The notes: a model not told the origin generated them from the letters alone. A DNA stretch of 64,000 nucleotides from Octopus sinensis (GCF_006345805.1 NC_043021.1:21018001-21082000); one strand, 5' to 3'. Shown: positions 52,357-62,585, counted from the first letter of the stretch. Numbers and translations are program-made.

Positions 52357-54778
52357 GTAGTAGTAGTTAGTAGTAGTATTGCTAAAGTGACAAGGTGGCA
52401 GAATTGTTTGCATGCCAGTGCTATTTCATGTCTTTACGTTCTGAGTTCAAATTCTGCTGAGGTCAAACCACACACACACACACACGCACGCACACACTCA
52501 CTCTCTCACACACACACGCGCGTGCACTCACTCACACACACACAAAACACACTGTCCCTGTCTGTCAATCTCCCTCTGTCTCCCACGCGCACACACACAC
52601 ACACACACACACTCTCTCTCTCTCTCACCCCTCACCACTGCCCACACATCTACCCACATGCTCCACCAGACTTTATCATTTTTTCACGCTGAGAGTTGCT
52701 GAAGTATGGAACAAACTGCCGGCATCAGTTGTTAGTTGTCAGAGCACTGCATCCTTCAAAACTTCCATGCTTCTGAGATTCGCCAACACTACACCTGATT
52801 TTCTCCCCTCCATGCACACACAAGCATGTATCTGACTCATACACTGTTCGCTTTCCAGACATCTGTACATTACTGCATATACTCTATACGCACTTTCTGA
52901 CAAGTTGTGGTGCACCTGAGCACTGTATACAATAATTTCATTAGATAATGAAATTATTGTATAGTGCTCAGGTGCACCACAACTTGTCAGAGTATATGCA
53001 GTAATGTACAAATGTCTGGAAAGCGAACAATGCAGGAGTCAGATACATGCTTGTGTGTGTTTGGAGGGGAGAAAATCAGGTGTAGTGTTGGCGAATCTCA
53101 GAAAGCATGGAAGTTTTGAAGGATGCAGTGCTCTGACAACTAACAACTGATGCTGGCAGTTTGTTCCATGCTTCAGCAACTCTCAGTGTGAAAAAATGTT
53201 TCCTGAAGTCATGGGAGCTGTGCTGTTTTCTGACTTTGTAAATATGTCCACGGGTGTTATATATATTATATCCGCCAATTCAGTTTCTTACTTAATTTTT
53301 TTTTTTTTTTTCAGGACATGGCTGGACTTCTTCGTCCGAAAGCCGCCAAAATGCTCATCGGTAATTTGAGGGACAAGTACCCAGACATGCCGATCCACGT
53401 TCACACACACGACACGTCAGGCGCCGGGGTAGCTGCAATGCTTGCCTGCGCCGAGGCTGGTGCCGACGTTGTCGATGTCGCTGTAGACTCCATGTCGGGA
53501 ATGACGTCACAGCCAAGTATGGGTGCAGTAGTTGCCTCCCTTGAAGGAACAGACAATGACACAGGTGAGACACGTTCAATGCTTGAGTTGTGCCGTGTGG
53601 TTTTGTAGTCGTTCATGCATTCATTAATGTGCGTATGCATACTACACATACAGACACACCAACACACACACACTCGCACGAATCCCCATCCCATCCGACG
53701 TTGTTTCTTAACTTTCAGAGAAATACGCATTTTCTAATGAAATTTTCTTCAAATATCTTTCTGGTGGTGTAGATTCTGATGGTACTATTTAAGAAGGCGG
53801 CGAGCTGGCAACGTTAGCACGCCGGGCGAAATGCGTAGCCGTATTTCGTCTGCCGTTACGTTCTGAGTTCAAATTCCGCCGAGGTCGACTTTGCTTTTCA
53901 TACAGATACACGCACAAGCATGTATCTGACTCATACATTATTCGCTTTCCAGACACTTGTACATTACTGCATATACTCTATACGCACTTTCTGACAAGTT
54001 GTGGTGCACCTGAGCACTGTATACAATAATTTCATTATTATATTATATCATTATATTAAATGTCATATTGACTGTGTCAACTTTTAATTATTGCCAGGTA
54101 TCGATCTTGACAAGGTTTCCACATATTCTGCCTACTGGGAGCAAGCCCGTAACCTGTATGGACCATTTGAATGTTGCGTCACAATGAAAAGTGGCAACTC
54201 TGACATTTACAAAAATGAGATTCCAGGTAAGTTCTAAATATTTTAATCATAACGAATGAAGAACACATGCATGTATGTGCACATACACACACACACACGT
54301 CTACATTTGATGCACCAGTTCCTGAACACCTTTGCAACCCTTTCAGCCTGCCGTTGTGTATCCCTTTCTCTATTATTTCTGTGTCTGTGTTTGCAGGGGG
54401 CCAATATACCAATTTACAATTCCAAGCTTTCAGCCTTGGTCTGGCCGACCAATTTGAAGAAGTCAAAAAGAAATACGTGGAAGCTAACATGTTGATGGGA
54501 GACTTGCCCAAGGTAAGAAGGCAATATGTTGCTGTTAATGTTGTTGTTGTTGTTGTTTAGCTCCATGTCAGTTATACTCTTTTACTTGTTTCAGTCATGT
54601 GACTGTAGCCATGCTAGAGCACCGCCTTTACTTGAGCACATCGACCCCCAGGACTTATTCTTTGTAAGCCTAGTACTTATTCTATCGGTCTCTTTTGCCG
54701 AACTGCTAAGTGACGGGGACGTAAACACACCAGCATCAGTTGACAAACGATGTTGGGGGGACAAACATATACACACAC

Positions 54779-54813
<35 letters not shown>

Positions 54814-56313
54814 TGCTAGAGTAAGAATAGCCTGCTAGAGTAAGAATAGCCTGGGCAAAGTTTCGAGAGCTCTTACCCCTGCTGGTGACAAAAGGCCTCT
54901 CGCTCAGAGTAAAAGGCAGACTGTAATAAGCCCAGTACTTATTCTATCGGTCTCTTTTGCCGAACCGCTAAGTGACGGGGATGTAAATACACCAGAATCG
55001 GTTGTCAAGCAATGCTAGGGGGACAAACACACAAACATATATATATATATATATACATATATACGACAGGCTTCTTTCAGTTTCCATCTACCAAATCCAC
55101 TCACAAGGCATTGGTCAGCCCGAGGCTTTAGTAGAAGATACTTGCCCAAGATGCCACGCAGTGGTACTGAACCCGCAACCATGTGGTTGGTTAGCAAGCT
55201 ACTTACCACACAGCCACTCCTGCGCCTATACAATAAGTATACACTGTATACAATAAGTTCGTTATTATCTATTATAATAATGAGCTTGTTATTTCTTTAT
55301 TACCCACAAGGGGCTAAGCATAGAGGGGACAAACAAAGATAGACAAAGGGATTAAGTTGATTAGATTGGCTTCAGTGCATAACTGGTACTTAATTTATCA
55401 ACCCCAAAAGGATGAAAGGCAAAGTCGACCTCGGTGGAATTTGAACTCAGAACGTAAAGGCAGCTAAGCATTTCGCCCGGCATGCTAACGATTCTGCCAT
55501 CTTGCCACCTTACTTAATGAGCTTGTATTATATAAAGAGGCTATGCATCAGGAGGTGTGAGCCCTGGAAAGGGCAGTGCTTGTAGGGATTAGTGTTAACT
55601 GGAATCAAGCTGGGGCTTGATTAGTCTTTGCTGGGTCACCTGGATGAGTGTCTGATCCTGAAAATCCTCAAATACTTAATATGTCCAGGTGTATGACAGG
55701 ATGATGTATAGGAAAAAAATAGTGATGATGCTTGTGCTGATGGTGATGATGATAACTGATAATGATTTTTTAAAATTATCTAATTAAATTTTTATTTTCC
55801 ATGTCCTGTTTCTTTGGTTTACTTCAACAGGTCACCCCATCGTCCAAAGTGGTCGGGGATATGGCCCAGTTCATGGTACAGAATAAGCTGTCTCCCGACG
55901 ACGTCCACAACAGAGCTGAAGAATTGTCGTTCCCTGTCTCAGTGGTGGAGTATTTCCAGGGGCTTCTTGGAGAGCCTCCGGGTGGATACCCAGAGCCGCT
56001 CAGAACAAAGGTAAGAGAACTTAAACAAGCAAGAGTTATGTCCCTTTAATTAAAGGCTGTTCAGGCAGCGGCTTTTCCTTGACAATTCTGTTGATTCTTT
56101 TACTTGTTTCCGTCGTTTGACTGCGGCCATACTGGAGTACTGCCTTAAAGGGTATTTTTTTAGTCGAAGAAATCGACCTCAGGACTTATTCTTTGTAAGC
56201 TTAGTACTTATTCTATCGGTCTCTTTTGCCGAATTGCTAAACATAAACATACCAACATCGGTTGTCAGGTGATGGTAGTGGGGCCAAACACAGACATAAA
56301 GATACGCTGAAGA

Positions 56314-56345
<32 letters not shown>

Positions 56346-59300
56346 ATATTTACGACGGGCTTCTTTCAGTTTCTTGCTACCAAATCCACTCACAAGGCTT
56401 TGGTCGGCCCGAGGCTATAGTGGAAGACACTTATTCAAGGTGCTGTGCAGAAGAACTGAACCCAGAACCATGTGCTTGGGAGGCAAGCTTCTTACCAGAC
56501 AACCATTCTGAAGGAAAAGAAAAAAAAGAAGAGAAAGAGAATTAAGCTATGAAATTTCTACATTCCCTTGATTTCCTGTAATTCATTTCACCTCATGGTC
56601 TCAGCATCCCAGCAAAGAAAACGGAAAAGGCATTGGCCTGGAGGATGGCGAGGGAAATGCGCTGGAACAGCCACTCTAGTTTGGGGTTTGCACTTGCAGA
56701 TAGCGACCTCCACCCCAATATCAGTGAGCAGGGATATGGTCAGTGGGCTGAGAATGCCAGAGGTTTCCATTGCCAGAGGTTTGACCAGCAGCTTAGCTGA
56801 TGATACTTTTCTTGCAGCGAAGACAGTGAGATGGCAAAATCAGTGAGATGCCAGAGAGAAAAATGCTTAAATCCTTAAAAATGTTTTAGCCCGAAGGCCG
56901 CGGCCATGCTGGGGCACCACCACTGAAGAATAAGATATGGAACGCTTCACGAATTTGCTTAGCAGCATTTCTTCCGGTTTTATGTTCCAAGTTCAAATTT
57001 TGCTGAGGTCGACTTTGCCTTTCATTCTTTCAGGGTTCGATAAAACAAGTACTGGTTGAGCACTGGGGTTGCTGGCTTTGTGCCAAAATTTGAAATCAGT
57101 ATGTATATTGTGAAGGCTTGTGGCATAATGGCTTGGGTGTTTCACTCACAATTGCTATATTCATCATCATCATCGTTGTTTAACGTCCGCTTTCCATGCT
57201 AGCATGGGTTGGACGATTTGACTGAGGACTGGCGAACCAGATGGCTGCGCCAGGCTCCAATCTGATCTGGCAGAGTTTCTACAACTGGATGCCTTTCCTA
57301 ACGCCAACCACTCCGAGAGTGTAGTGGGTGCTTTTATGTGCCACCGGCACGAGGGCCAGTCAGGCGGTACTAGCAACGGCCACGCTCAAGTGGTGTTTTT
57401 TACATACCACCTGCACAGGAGCCTGTCCAGTGGCACTGGCAACGACCTCGCTTGAATGTTTTTCATGTGCCACTGTGCCACTGGCGCAAGTGCCAGTAAG
57501 GCGACGCTGGTAACGATTACGTTTGAATGGTGCCTTTTACATGCCACCGGCATGGGAGCCAGTCAGCTGCTCTGGCAGCGATCATGCTTGGATGGTGCTC
57601 TTAGCGCTCCACTGGCATAGGTGCCAGTCATCAAATTTGCGAATTTGATTAAGCGCTCCACTGGCACGAGTGCCACTCATTGAATTTGCGGATGTTATGG
57701 TTTCAATTCCAGAGCTGACAGTGCATTGTGTTCTTGAGCAAGACACTTCATTTCATGTTGCTCCAGTTCACTCAGCTGTAAATGAGTAACCTTGTGAAGG
57801 ACTAGCATCTCATCCAGGGTGAGTACTGTGATCTCGATCATTTATACACCAAATCTGTTGGCCTTATGAGTTCTAGGACTTGAGATAATACTTACTTTAT
57901 TCAATATATATATTATACATGTTCATATATTTTTCATTTTTTTAGATCTTGAAAGGATTGCCGAAGATCGACGGTCGTCCTGGGGCCTCTATGGAACCAT
58001 TTGACTTTGAGAAACTGCGTGAAGAACTGAAAGTGAAGCATAAGACAAACGTTCATGAAGTCGATCTGATGAGTGCTGCTCTCTACCCAAAAGTCTTCTC
58101 TGACTATTTTGAATTCCGACAGAAATATGGACCTGTTGAATGTCTGGACACAAAACTGTTCTTGGTTGGTCCGCAGATGGCACAGGAATGTGAGGTAAGA
58201 ACAGATTACACTAATCCTTTTGATACTAACCCATCTGAGACTGACCTTAGATTTGTGATACAAATTTCCTGTTTCAAATTCATTCATCATCATCATCATC
58301 GTTTAACGTCTGCTTTCCATGCTAGCATGGGTTGGACGATTTGACTGAGGGCTGGCGAACCAGATGGCTGCACCAGGCTCTAATCTTGATCTGGCAGATC
58401 AAGGGTGGGTATGGAAGCGATACCATGTTTTTGGTGAGGAACTCATAAGTGAGGAGAACTCAGTGAAAGGATGCGTTGTTATGGTGAAGAATCTAATTCT
58501 TCATGCTCCACAGATCCAGTCACTTTTACTGAATGTCCTCACTAAAATGATTCAAAACATTGCAGTAGAACTCTTGATTGATGGTTTCACCCTGGGGCAT
58601 GAATTCTCGATGTGCAATGCCACATTTCTGCAGGTGACACCCATGCCAGATCTTCCAGATTGCTCATCATGTTCCAAGGATAAAGTGATAGCATGTTGTC
58701 AACTTGTGGAGGCGCATGGCTTAGTGGTTAGGGTGTCAGCATCATGATCGTAAGATTGTGGTTTTGATTCCTGGACTGGGCAATGTGTTGTGTTCTTGAG
58801 CAAAACACTTCATTTCACGTTGCTCCAGTCCACTCCACTGGCAAATATGAGTAACGCTGCAATGGACTGGCATCCCGTCCAGCTGGGGAACACATATGCC
58901 ATTGAAACCGGGCCCATGAACCTGGCTAGGCTTTAAAAGGGTGCATTTTTTATTATACTATGTTGTCCACTTAATGTGACAGTCCCATGAAGGGGAAGAA
59001 AGCTACTGTTGTTTAGCCCTAGGAAACACCATTTCCTGTTGGACTTTACACATTTCCTGTGTCCTTATGTTTTCAAAGTTAAGGGATGTCCTGCTTTTGA
59101 AGCACCCATGCCACTCAAAACATTGTCTGTGACCCATTGCCTCATCACCGTAAGCTTACTGAAGCATGCTCAATGTCTCTGTAGCAGACTTCCAAAGTTT
59201 AACACTAAATTTCATGTTAGCTTTTAGTTCCTGTCCATAACAAAATTACATGGGTATATTGGGTACAAATACATGAAGCCCGATATACCCATCATGACTT

Positions 59301-61570
59301 CTTGCAGAAAAAGGTATACTAGGCATATGCATCACAACCATAAGGCGGTGAGCTGGCAGACTCGTTAGCACGCTGGGCGAAATGCGTAGCCGTATTTCAT
59401 CTGCCGTTACGTTCTGAGTTCAAATTCTGCCGAGGTCGACTTTGCCTTTCATCCTTTCGGGGTCGATAAATTAAGTACCAGTTACGCCCTGGGGTCAATG
59501 TAATCGACATAATCCATTTGTCCCCTCTGTGTTTAGCCCCTTGTGGGCAGTAGTGAAATACATATGTGTGTGACATGGTGATGTCATATCAAGATAAATA
59601 GCGCATGACCTTGCAGGTGGGGCCCAGTTAGAATTTTCTTCATTTCAAGTAGCTCACCTCACTCAAAAGGTCTCTGAAGAAGGGCGGTTTAAGGATGATG
59701 AACAAAACACCCATGTTTCCAGTGGTGAATTACTCAAACTCCAAAAATCCCTCTCAACACATGGCTATGATGCTCCCACCCACACACACTACTCTTGCTC
59801 ACAATCAGAGATGCACATATTGTCAGCCACTAAGGGATATGCTCAACTGATTAAGGTCAAGCAACTGACAAGCAAATCTGCAATATTGAGCAGAATGTAT
59901 GTGTGTGTGTGTGTATGTCTTATAAACCTATTTATACACACGCACACATCATCATCATCATCATTTTGCGTCCGTTTTCCATGCTAGCATGGGTTGGACG
60001 GTTTAACTTGAGTCTGTGAAGCCGGAAGGCTTCATCAGGCCCAGTCAGATTTGGCAGTGTTTCTACGGCTGGAGGCCCTTCCTAATGCCAACCACTCCGT
60101 GAGTGTAGTGGGTGCTTTTTACGTGCCACCTGCACAGGTGCCAGACAGAGCTGACATATTTATCGTTTGTTATTATTTATTCTCAGGTAGAAATCGAGCG
60201 AGGAAAGACCCTCCATATCAAAACTCTGGCCGTTGGTGACATTGGAGATGATGGCCGACGAGAAGTTTTCTTTGAACTCAATGGGCAGCTGAGGTCTGTG
60301 AGAATCATTGATGAATTAGCAATGAAGGTAAGTTTACATTCATTTATCATGACATCATTGACCAAATAGACCCATGATAATGATCAATGGTGTGGTATAG
60401 TATTTTGTTCATTGCACCCCAGACACTAAAATATACACATACATGTATGTTAAGTATATATATGTGTGTGTGTGTTGCTAAGAAATTTACTTAACAGTCA
60501 CATAAAACCGGAAGCTGTCTGCCTTACATAGGTATGTACGTACATATGTATGGAGGTATGTATGTGTGTATATATATATATATTATATTAAATTAGAGAT
60601 AAAACCACTATTAGGCAAATCAAACAGTGAAAATCATAAGCCAATACATAGTAATAAAATTAATTAAAAAATATAAAAAATATAAAATATAAAAATCCAA
60701 TTAAAATATTTAAATTAAAGTTAAAATTTTTAAAAATAATAATTTTTTAAAATTTTAACTTTAATTTAAATATTTTAATTGGATTTTTATATTTTATATT
60801 TTTTATATTTTTTAATTAATTTTATTACTATGTATTGGCTTATGATTTTCACTGTTTGATTTGCCTAATCGTGGTTTTATCTCTAATTTAATATAACATA
60901 TATTTATACTATAAAATTAGATTTAATCTTAAATCTAATTTTTCCCTGTATGTTTGGATTTACTCCCTAATATTATTATTAATATTATATATATATATTA
61001 TATATATATATATACACACACATATAATATACTTATAATAATAATATTAGGGAGCACAGCTCCAAACTTACAGGGAAAAATTCAATTTAGTATTAAATCA
61101 AATTTCACAGTATAAATATATAAAATATGAATTAGAGATGAAACCACTATTAGGCAAATCAAACAGTGATAGACATAAACCAATACATAAATAACAAATA
61201 ATATATATATAATTAATATAATATATTATGTTTATATATTTGTTGTGCAAGATTTTTTATGTGAAGTCATGTGTTGAAACAGACATTGTTGTATTTCGGA
61301 ATGGTCATTTTGCCAGTTTAGCCAATAAAAACACACGCACTATATATTTGGTGTTACTTTGCTTCAGTGTTATTTATTTTTTACATTAATCTTAATCTTA
61401 TTTCATCCAGAGTTCTTTCGTCACACTCCTGTGACCGCATCAGTGGTCCTTTGCTTTCTTCTTTCTTATTTGAGTGTCTCTCCTTACTAACCATCAGTCA
61501 TTTTGTATTTCTCTTGTATGTGTCTTCATTTGCCCCACAAATTTCAGACTTTGTGCCTATAGTAGAAAGG

Positions 61571-61621
<51 letters not shown>

Positions 61622-61905
61622 GCTATTATTCATTATATTTCATTATTTTCTAGGATTTGGTAATACATCCAAAAGCAACAAGTGATCCTGGTTCTATTGG
61701 AGCACCAATGCCTGGCACTGTTGTCGATATAAGAGTGAAGAAAGGTGACACTGTTGAGAAGGGCCAGCCAGTCTTGATTTTGAGTGCCATGAAAATGGAG
61801 ATGATTGTCACCGCCCCATTATCAGGAACAGTTTCTAGTGTAGCAGCGACAAAAGATATGAAGCTTGAAGGGGACGATCTCTTGATGGAAATTCAACCAA
61901 ATTAG
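19753..61905 (+). CDS. PC: Pyruvate carboxylase, mitochondrial; 20 coding exons, 3585 nt, 1194 aa
   Basis: Exons join in frame across GT-AG introns. Motifs: [43 protein letters not shown] (BC domain); RDAHQS, K|DMAG, HVHTHD, VTPSSK (CT domain); AMKM biotin site (Lys codon 61792-61794); Arg-rich N-terminal presequence. Confidence 0.97.
21442..21843 (+). mobile_element. tRNA-derived SINE-A, full-length example. More than 20 copies in the window, e.g. + 6690-7020, 9690-10025, 16682-17070, 17450-17830, 23001-23418, 23676-24103, 30790-31145, 35420-36224, 41692-42090, 46092-46358; - 20110-20520, 24378-24750, 29765-30167, 36355-36780, 41100-41532, 54565-55225, 56095-56500
   Basis: A box TGGCTGTGTGG, B box GGTTCAGTCCC, CORE-like CCTTGGGCAAGT, internal (TA)n(TG)n, 3' stem-loop, (GTAAAAGA)n tail. 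Confidence 0.9.
22490..22650. repeat. (CCT)n/(CTT)n polypyrimidine tract (similar tracts 37725-37825, 63945-64000)
   Basis: Read directly. Confidence 0.9.
23459..23643 (+). CDS. PC: PC coding exon 2 ([11 protein letters not shown]...IQVAQ)
   Basis: TTTTCCAG| acceptor, CAA|GTAAGT donor, 185 nt. Confidence 0.96.
25848..25885 (+). ncRNA. Minimal hammerhead-like motif (CUGUCGA core variant) in a ~200-bp (TA)n-embedded Penelope-like LTR (25785-25982)
   Basis: TCTTT-CTGTCGA-A-GAGT-GTAG-GCTC-GAAAC-GTA-AAAGA. Confidence 0.6.
26004..26288. repeat. AT-rich foldback element flanked by (TA)n
   Basis: Arms reverse-complementary, with two insertions in the left arm; ends TATAAATTAGAGA / TCTCTAATTTATA. 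Confidence 0.85.
26886..26963 (+). ncRNA. Pre-miRNA-like hairpin, copy 1 (PC intron 2)
   Basis: ~78-nt stem-loop with only 1x1 mismatches and G-U pairs; near-identical to 29428-29505. Confidence 0.45.
27736..27901 (+). CDS. PC: PC coding exon 3 ([16 protein letters not shown]...AINA)
   Basis: TTTGCAG|, G|GTAGGT, 166 nt. Confidence 0.96.
28066..28532 (+). mobile_element. Internally deleted RTE-clade element inserted in SINE-A
   Basis: C-terminus [12 protein letters not shown]...STRPG* (stop 28504-28506), (CAAGTA/TAAG)n tail, 15-bp TSD with 1 mismatch (28051-28065, 28533-28547). Confidence 0.75.
29428..29505 (+). ncRNA. Pre-miRNA-like hairpin, copy 2 (PC intron 3, ~50 nt before the exon 4 acceptor)
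   Basis: CAGAGTGACTTA/TGAGTCACTCTG, GGTT/GACC, GAGAGT/ACTCTC, TTGTGC/GCACGA, TTGGT/GCCAG, AATC loop. Confidence 0.45.
29557..29702 (+). CDS. PC: PC coding exon 4 (GVTVVPGTD...[14 protein letters not shown])
   Basis: CATCAG|, GAG|GTAAGT, 146 nt. Confidence 0.96.
31969..32086 (+). CDS. PC: PC coding exon 5 ([13 protein letters not shown]...PRHIEVQIL); not in the ORF track
   Basis: TTTGCAG|, G|GTTGGT, 118 nt. Confidence 0.95.
32427..33155 (+). mobile_element. RTE-clade LINE 3'UTR (family C) with 63-bp minisatellite and (GAT)n tail. Other copies e.g. + 1680-1880, 6290-6672, 22705-22985, 26390-26720, 30370-30685, 50128-50395; - 31400-31610, 44325-44720, 57165-57690, 59945-60150
   Basis: Overlaps in sequence with the 43375-43765 copy, which carries the RTE ORF end. 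Confidence 0.8.
33363..33720 (+). mobile_element. tRNA-Arg(TCG)-like-headed SINE (second copy 42245-42609; pieces 1260-1530, 1893-1980)
   Basis: A box TGGCCCAGTGG, anticodon-like loop with TCG, B box GTTTCGATTCC; no acceptor stem. Confidence 0.75.
33874..34144 (+). CDS. PC: PC coding exon 6 ([23 protein letters not shown]...TEEVTG)
   Basis: TTTCCAG|, GG|GTCAGT, 271 nt. Confidence 0.96.
34320..34539. mobile_element. piggyBac-like MITE family F inserted in SINE-B (opposite-orientation copy 42930-43148)
   Basis: TTAA TSDs; TIRs CCCTTTAG / CTAAAGGG. Confidence 0.8.
35881..35918 (-). ncRNA. Second copy of the CUGUCGA hammerhead-like motif, in element 35783-35995
   Basis: TCTTT-CTGTCGA-A-GAGC-GTAG-GCTC-GAAAC-ATA-AAAGA; stem III G>A lesion. 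Confidence 0.5.
36831..36993 (+). CDS. PC: PC coding exon 7 (VDLVQSQI...PDTGRIE)
   Basis: TTTCACAG|, GAG|GTAAGG, 163 nt. Confidence 0.96.
39591..39773 (+). CDS. PC: PC coding exon 8 ([13 protein letters not shown]...FRIRGVK)
   Basis: (GTT)n-TAG| acceptor, AAG|GTAGGT, 183 nt. Confidence 0.96.
42662..42896 (+). CDS. PC: PC coding exon 9 ([10 protein letters not shown]...PEIPV)
   Basis: TTTTTGCAG|, G|GTGAGT, 235 nt. Confidence 0.96.
43375..43765 (-). mobile_element. RTE LINE 3' fragment (family C) retaining the ORF end
   Basis: 43765-43685 translates [26 protein letters not shown]. Confidence 0.8.
44982..45135 (+). other. Candidate cryptic poison exon derived from duplication of the exon-10 acceptor
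   Basis: T7CAG| acceptor, 22 nt identical to the exon-10 start, in-frame TGA 45002-45004, donor CAG|GTGAGG. Confidence 0.45.
45225..45672 (+). mobile_element. SINE-B dimer
   Basis: 18-bp TSD GATACTAAAGTGATGATA (45207-45224, 45673-45690). Confidence 0.85.
45729..45953 (+). CDS. PC: PC coding exon 10 (DKSRPNGWR...[15 protein letters not shown]...ENWG)
   Basis: poly-T CAG|, G|GTATGA, 225 nt. Confidence 0.96.
46380..46715 (+). mobile_element. Probable LINE 3'UTR with a Tx1/SINE-B-like tail
   Basis: Ends TTTGTCCCGTC...CAGCCCTGTGTGGCTAATAAAGAAAC. Confidence 0.4.
46946..47102 (+). CDS. PC: PC coding exon 11 ([11 protein letters not shown]...YPDNVVYK)
   Basis: CTCAG|, AA|GTAAGT, 157 nt. Confidence 0.96.
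47286..47886 (+). mobile_element. SINE-B trimer (other multimers 34790-35185, 39885-40470, and 48357-48745 on -)
   Basis: 14-bp TSD GGTGGTGGTAGTTG (47272-47285, 47887-47900); 182-184 bp units. Confidence 0.85.
48852..48958 (+). CDS. PC: PC coding exon 12 ([20 protein letters not shown]...GKA); not in the ORF track
   Basis: TTACAG|, G|GTAAAT, 107 nt. Confidence 0.95.
49183..49500 (-). mobile_element. CR1-type LINE 3' fragment (second family)
   Basis: RLRGHSEKL...[17 protein letters not shown]...[14 protein letters not shown], (AACT)n tail. Confidence 0.85.
50899..51032 (+). CDS. PC: PC coding exon 13 ([13 protein letters not shown]...THILCIK); not in the ORF track
   Basis: Weak TTTAAG| acceptor, AAA|GTAAGA, 134 nt. 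Confidence 0.94.
51306..51686. mobile_element. Family E MITE dimer (51306-51520 plus internally deleted 51552-51686)
   Basis: TTAA sites; same spacer as at 9346-9368. Confidence 0.8.
52677..53258. mobile_element. Tail-to-tail inverted pair of CR1 3' fragments (52677-52943 +, 52946-53258 -); third copy 53899-54040 +
   Basis: AATAATTTCATTA-GA-TAATGAAATTATT centre; arms complementary over ~260 bp. Confidence 0.9.
53315..53564 (+). CDS. PC: PC coding exon 14 (DMAGLL...HVHTHD...DNDT)
   Basis: poly-T CAG|, G|GTGAGA, 250 nt; HxH metal ligands. Confidence 0.96.
54098..54226 (+). CDS. PC: PC coding exon 15 (GIDLDKV...YWEQARNLY...NEIP); not in the ORF track
   Basis: TTGCCAG|, G|GTAAGT, 129 nt. Confidence 0.95.
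54397..54512 (+). CDS. PC: PC coding exon 16 ([10 protein letters not shown]...GDLPK)
   Basis: TTTGCAG|, AAG|GTAAGA, 116 nt; the preceding intron is only 170 nt. Confidence 0.96.
55831..56010 (+). CDS. PC: PC coding exon 17 ([14 protein letters not shown]...EPLRTK)
   Basis: CAACAG|, AAG|GTAAGA, 180 nt. Confidence 0.96.
56600..56820 (-). mobile_element. Frameshifted CRE-like RLE retrotransposon fragment
   Basis: EKYHQL../[15 protein letters not shown]../[15 protein letters not shown] resembles the CRE-clade endonuclease motif PxAxETxG...FQRxSxAxQxxNA. Confidence 0.55.
57946..58194 (+). CDS. PC: PC coding exon 18 ([13 protein letters not shown]...AQECE)
   Basis: TTTTAG|, GAG|GTAAGA, 249 nt. 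Confidence 0.96.
60187..60327 (+). CDS. PC: PC coding exon 19 ([12 protein letters not shown]...FELNGQLR...AMK)
   Basis: TCTCAG|, AAG|GTAAGT, 141 nt. Confidence 0.96.
60583..60896. repeat. Near-perfect 314-bp AT-rich palindrome; a second foldback follows at ~60905-61110
   Basis: ~155-bp arms, 2 mismatches seen, 4-nt centre at 60738-60741. Confidence 0.92.
61407..61446 (-). ncRNA. Degenerate hammerhead-like motif
   Basis: CCA-CTGATGC-G-GTCACA-GGAG-TGTGAC-GAAAG-AA-CTC-TGG; A9 replaced by C. Confidence 0.35.
61654..61905 (+). CDS. PC: PC coding exon 20 (BCCP domain, GAPMPG...AMKM...EIQPN*)
   Basis: TTTCTAG|, TAG stop 61903-61905. Confidence 0.96.
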   Translation, partial: DLVIHPKATSDPGSIGAPMPGTVVDIRVKKGDTVEKGQPVLILSAMKMEMIVTAPLSGTVSSVAATKDMKLEGDDLLMEIQPN

Positions 61906-62087
61906 ATAGAAAACTGGTGATGATGATGTCGATGATGGTGATATTGATGAATAAGTGTGATAATGATGATGATGGTTATGATTCACAACTGAGGACATGA
62001 TTTTCTTTTTGAATTTATAAAATATACATCGACTTCATCAAGAAACAGGCTCCATCTTCCATGAAGAATAATACACACACACATATA

Positions 62088-62140
<53 letters not shown>

Positions 62141-62585
62141 ACTTACACATATTTATATACTACATAGATATACAGTAGCCCCCTTTTCCCCTCCATCATA
62201 AATTACATCTCTCCCTTATTTGTGGGTGTTGGGAAAAAAAAGCAAAAAAATAACTGTCTTTCTTTGATTCAACAATTAAATTAATTACAACATATGCATT
62301 AACACACACACACACACACAAAAAAAGACATTTTTTTTTTGAAATCTTCATACATTGTAAAAGGAATATTTTCTGTTATTTCCATATATTTGAGAGTCAT
62401 TTTAGGGGTTTCTGACAAACTGTGTTTAAGCACGTTAACATGTGTTTTTTTTTTACTTTTTGAAATATATATTTTTTTAATTTGTTTCTTTTATGTTCTT
62501 TATTTTTTTTTAATTTTAAAATATTTTTATAATTTTTTAATTATTATTATTACTATTATTTTTATATATTTATTATTTTCATTTT

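Noticed and set aside
60016-60042. CTGATGA followed by a hairpin on the minus strand
   Set aside because: No GAAA after stem II; a mutated RTE-UTR segment
60187-60190. Alternative TAG acceptor 4 nt into exon 19
   Set aside because: Would frameshift; GTA is simply the Val codon and the upstream CAG gives the correct protein
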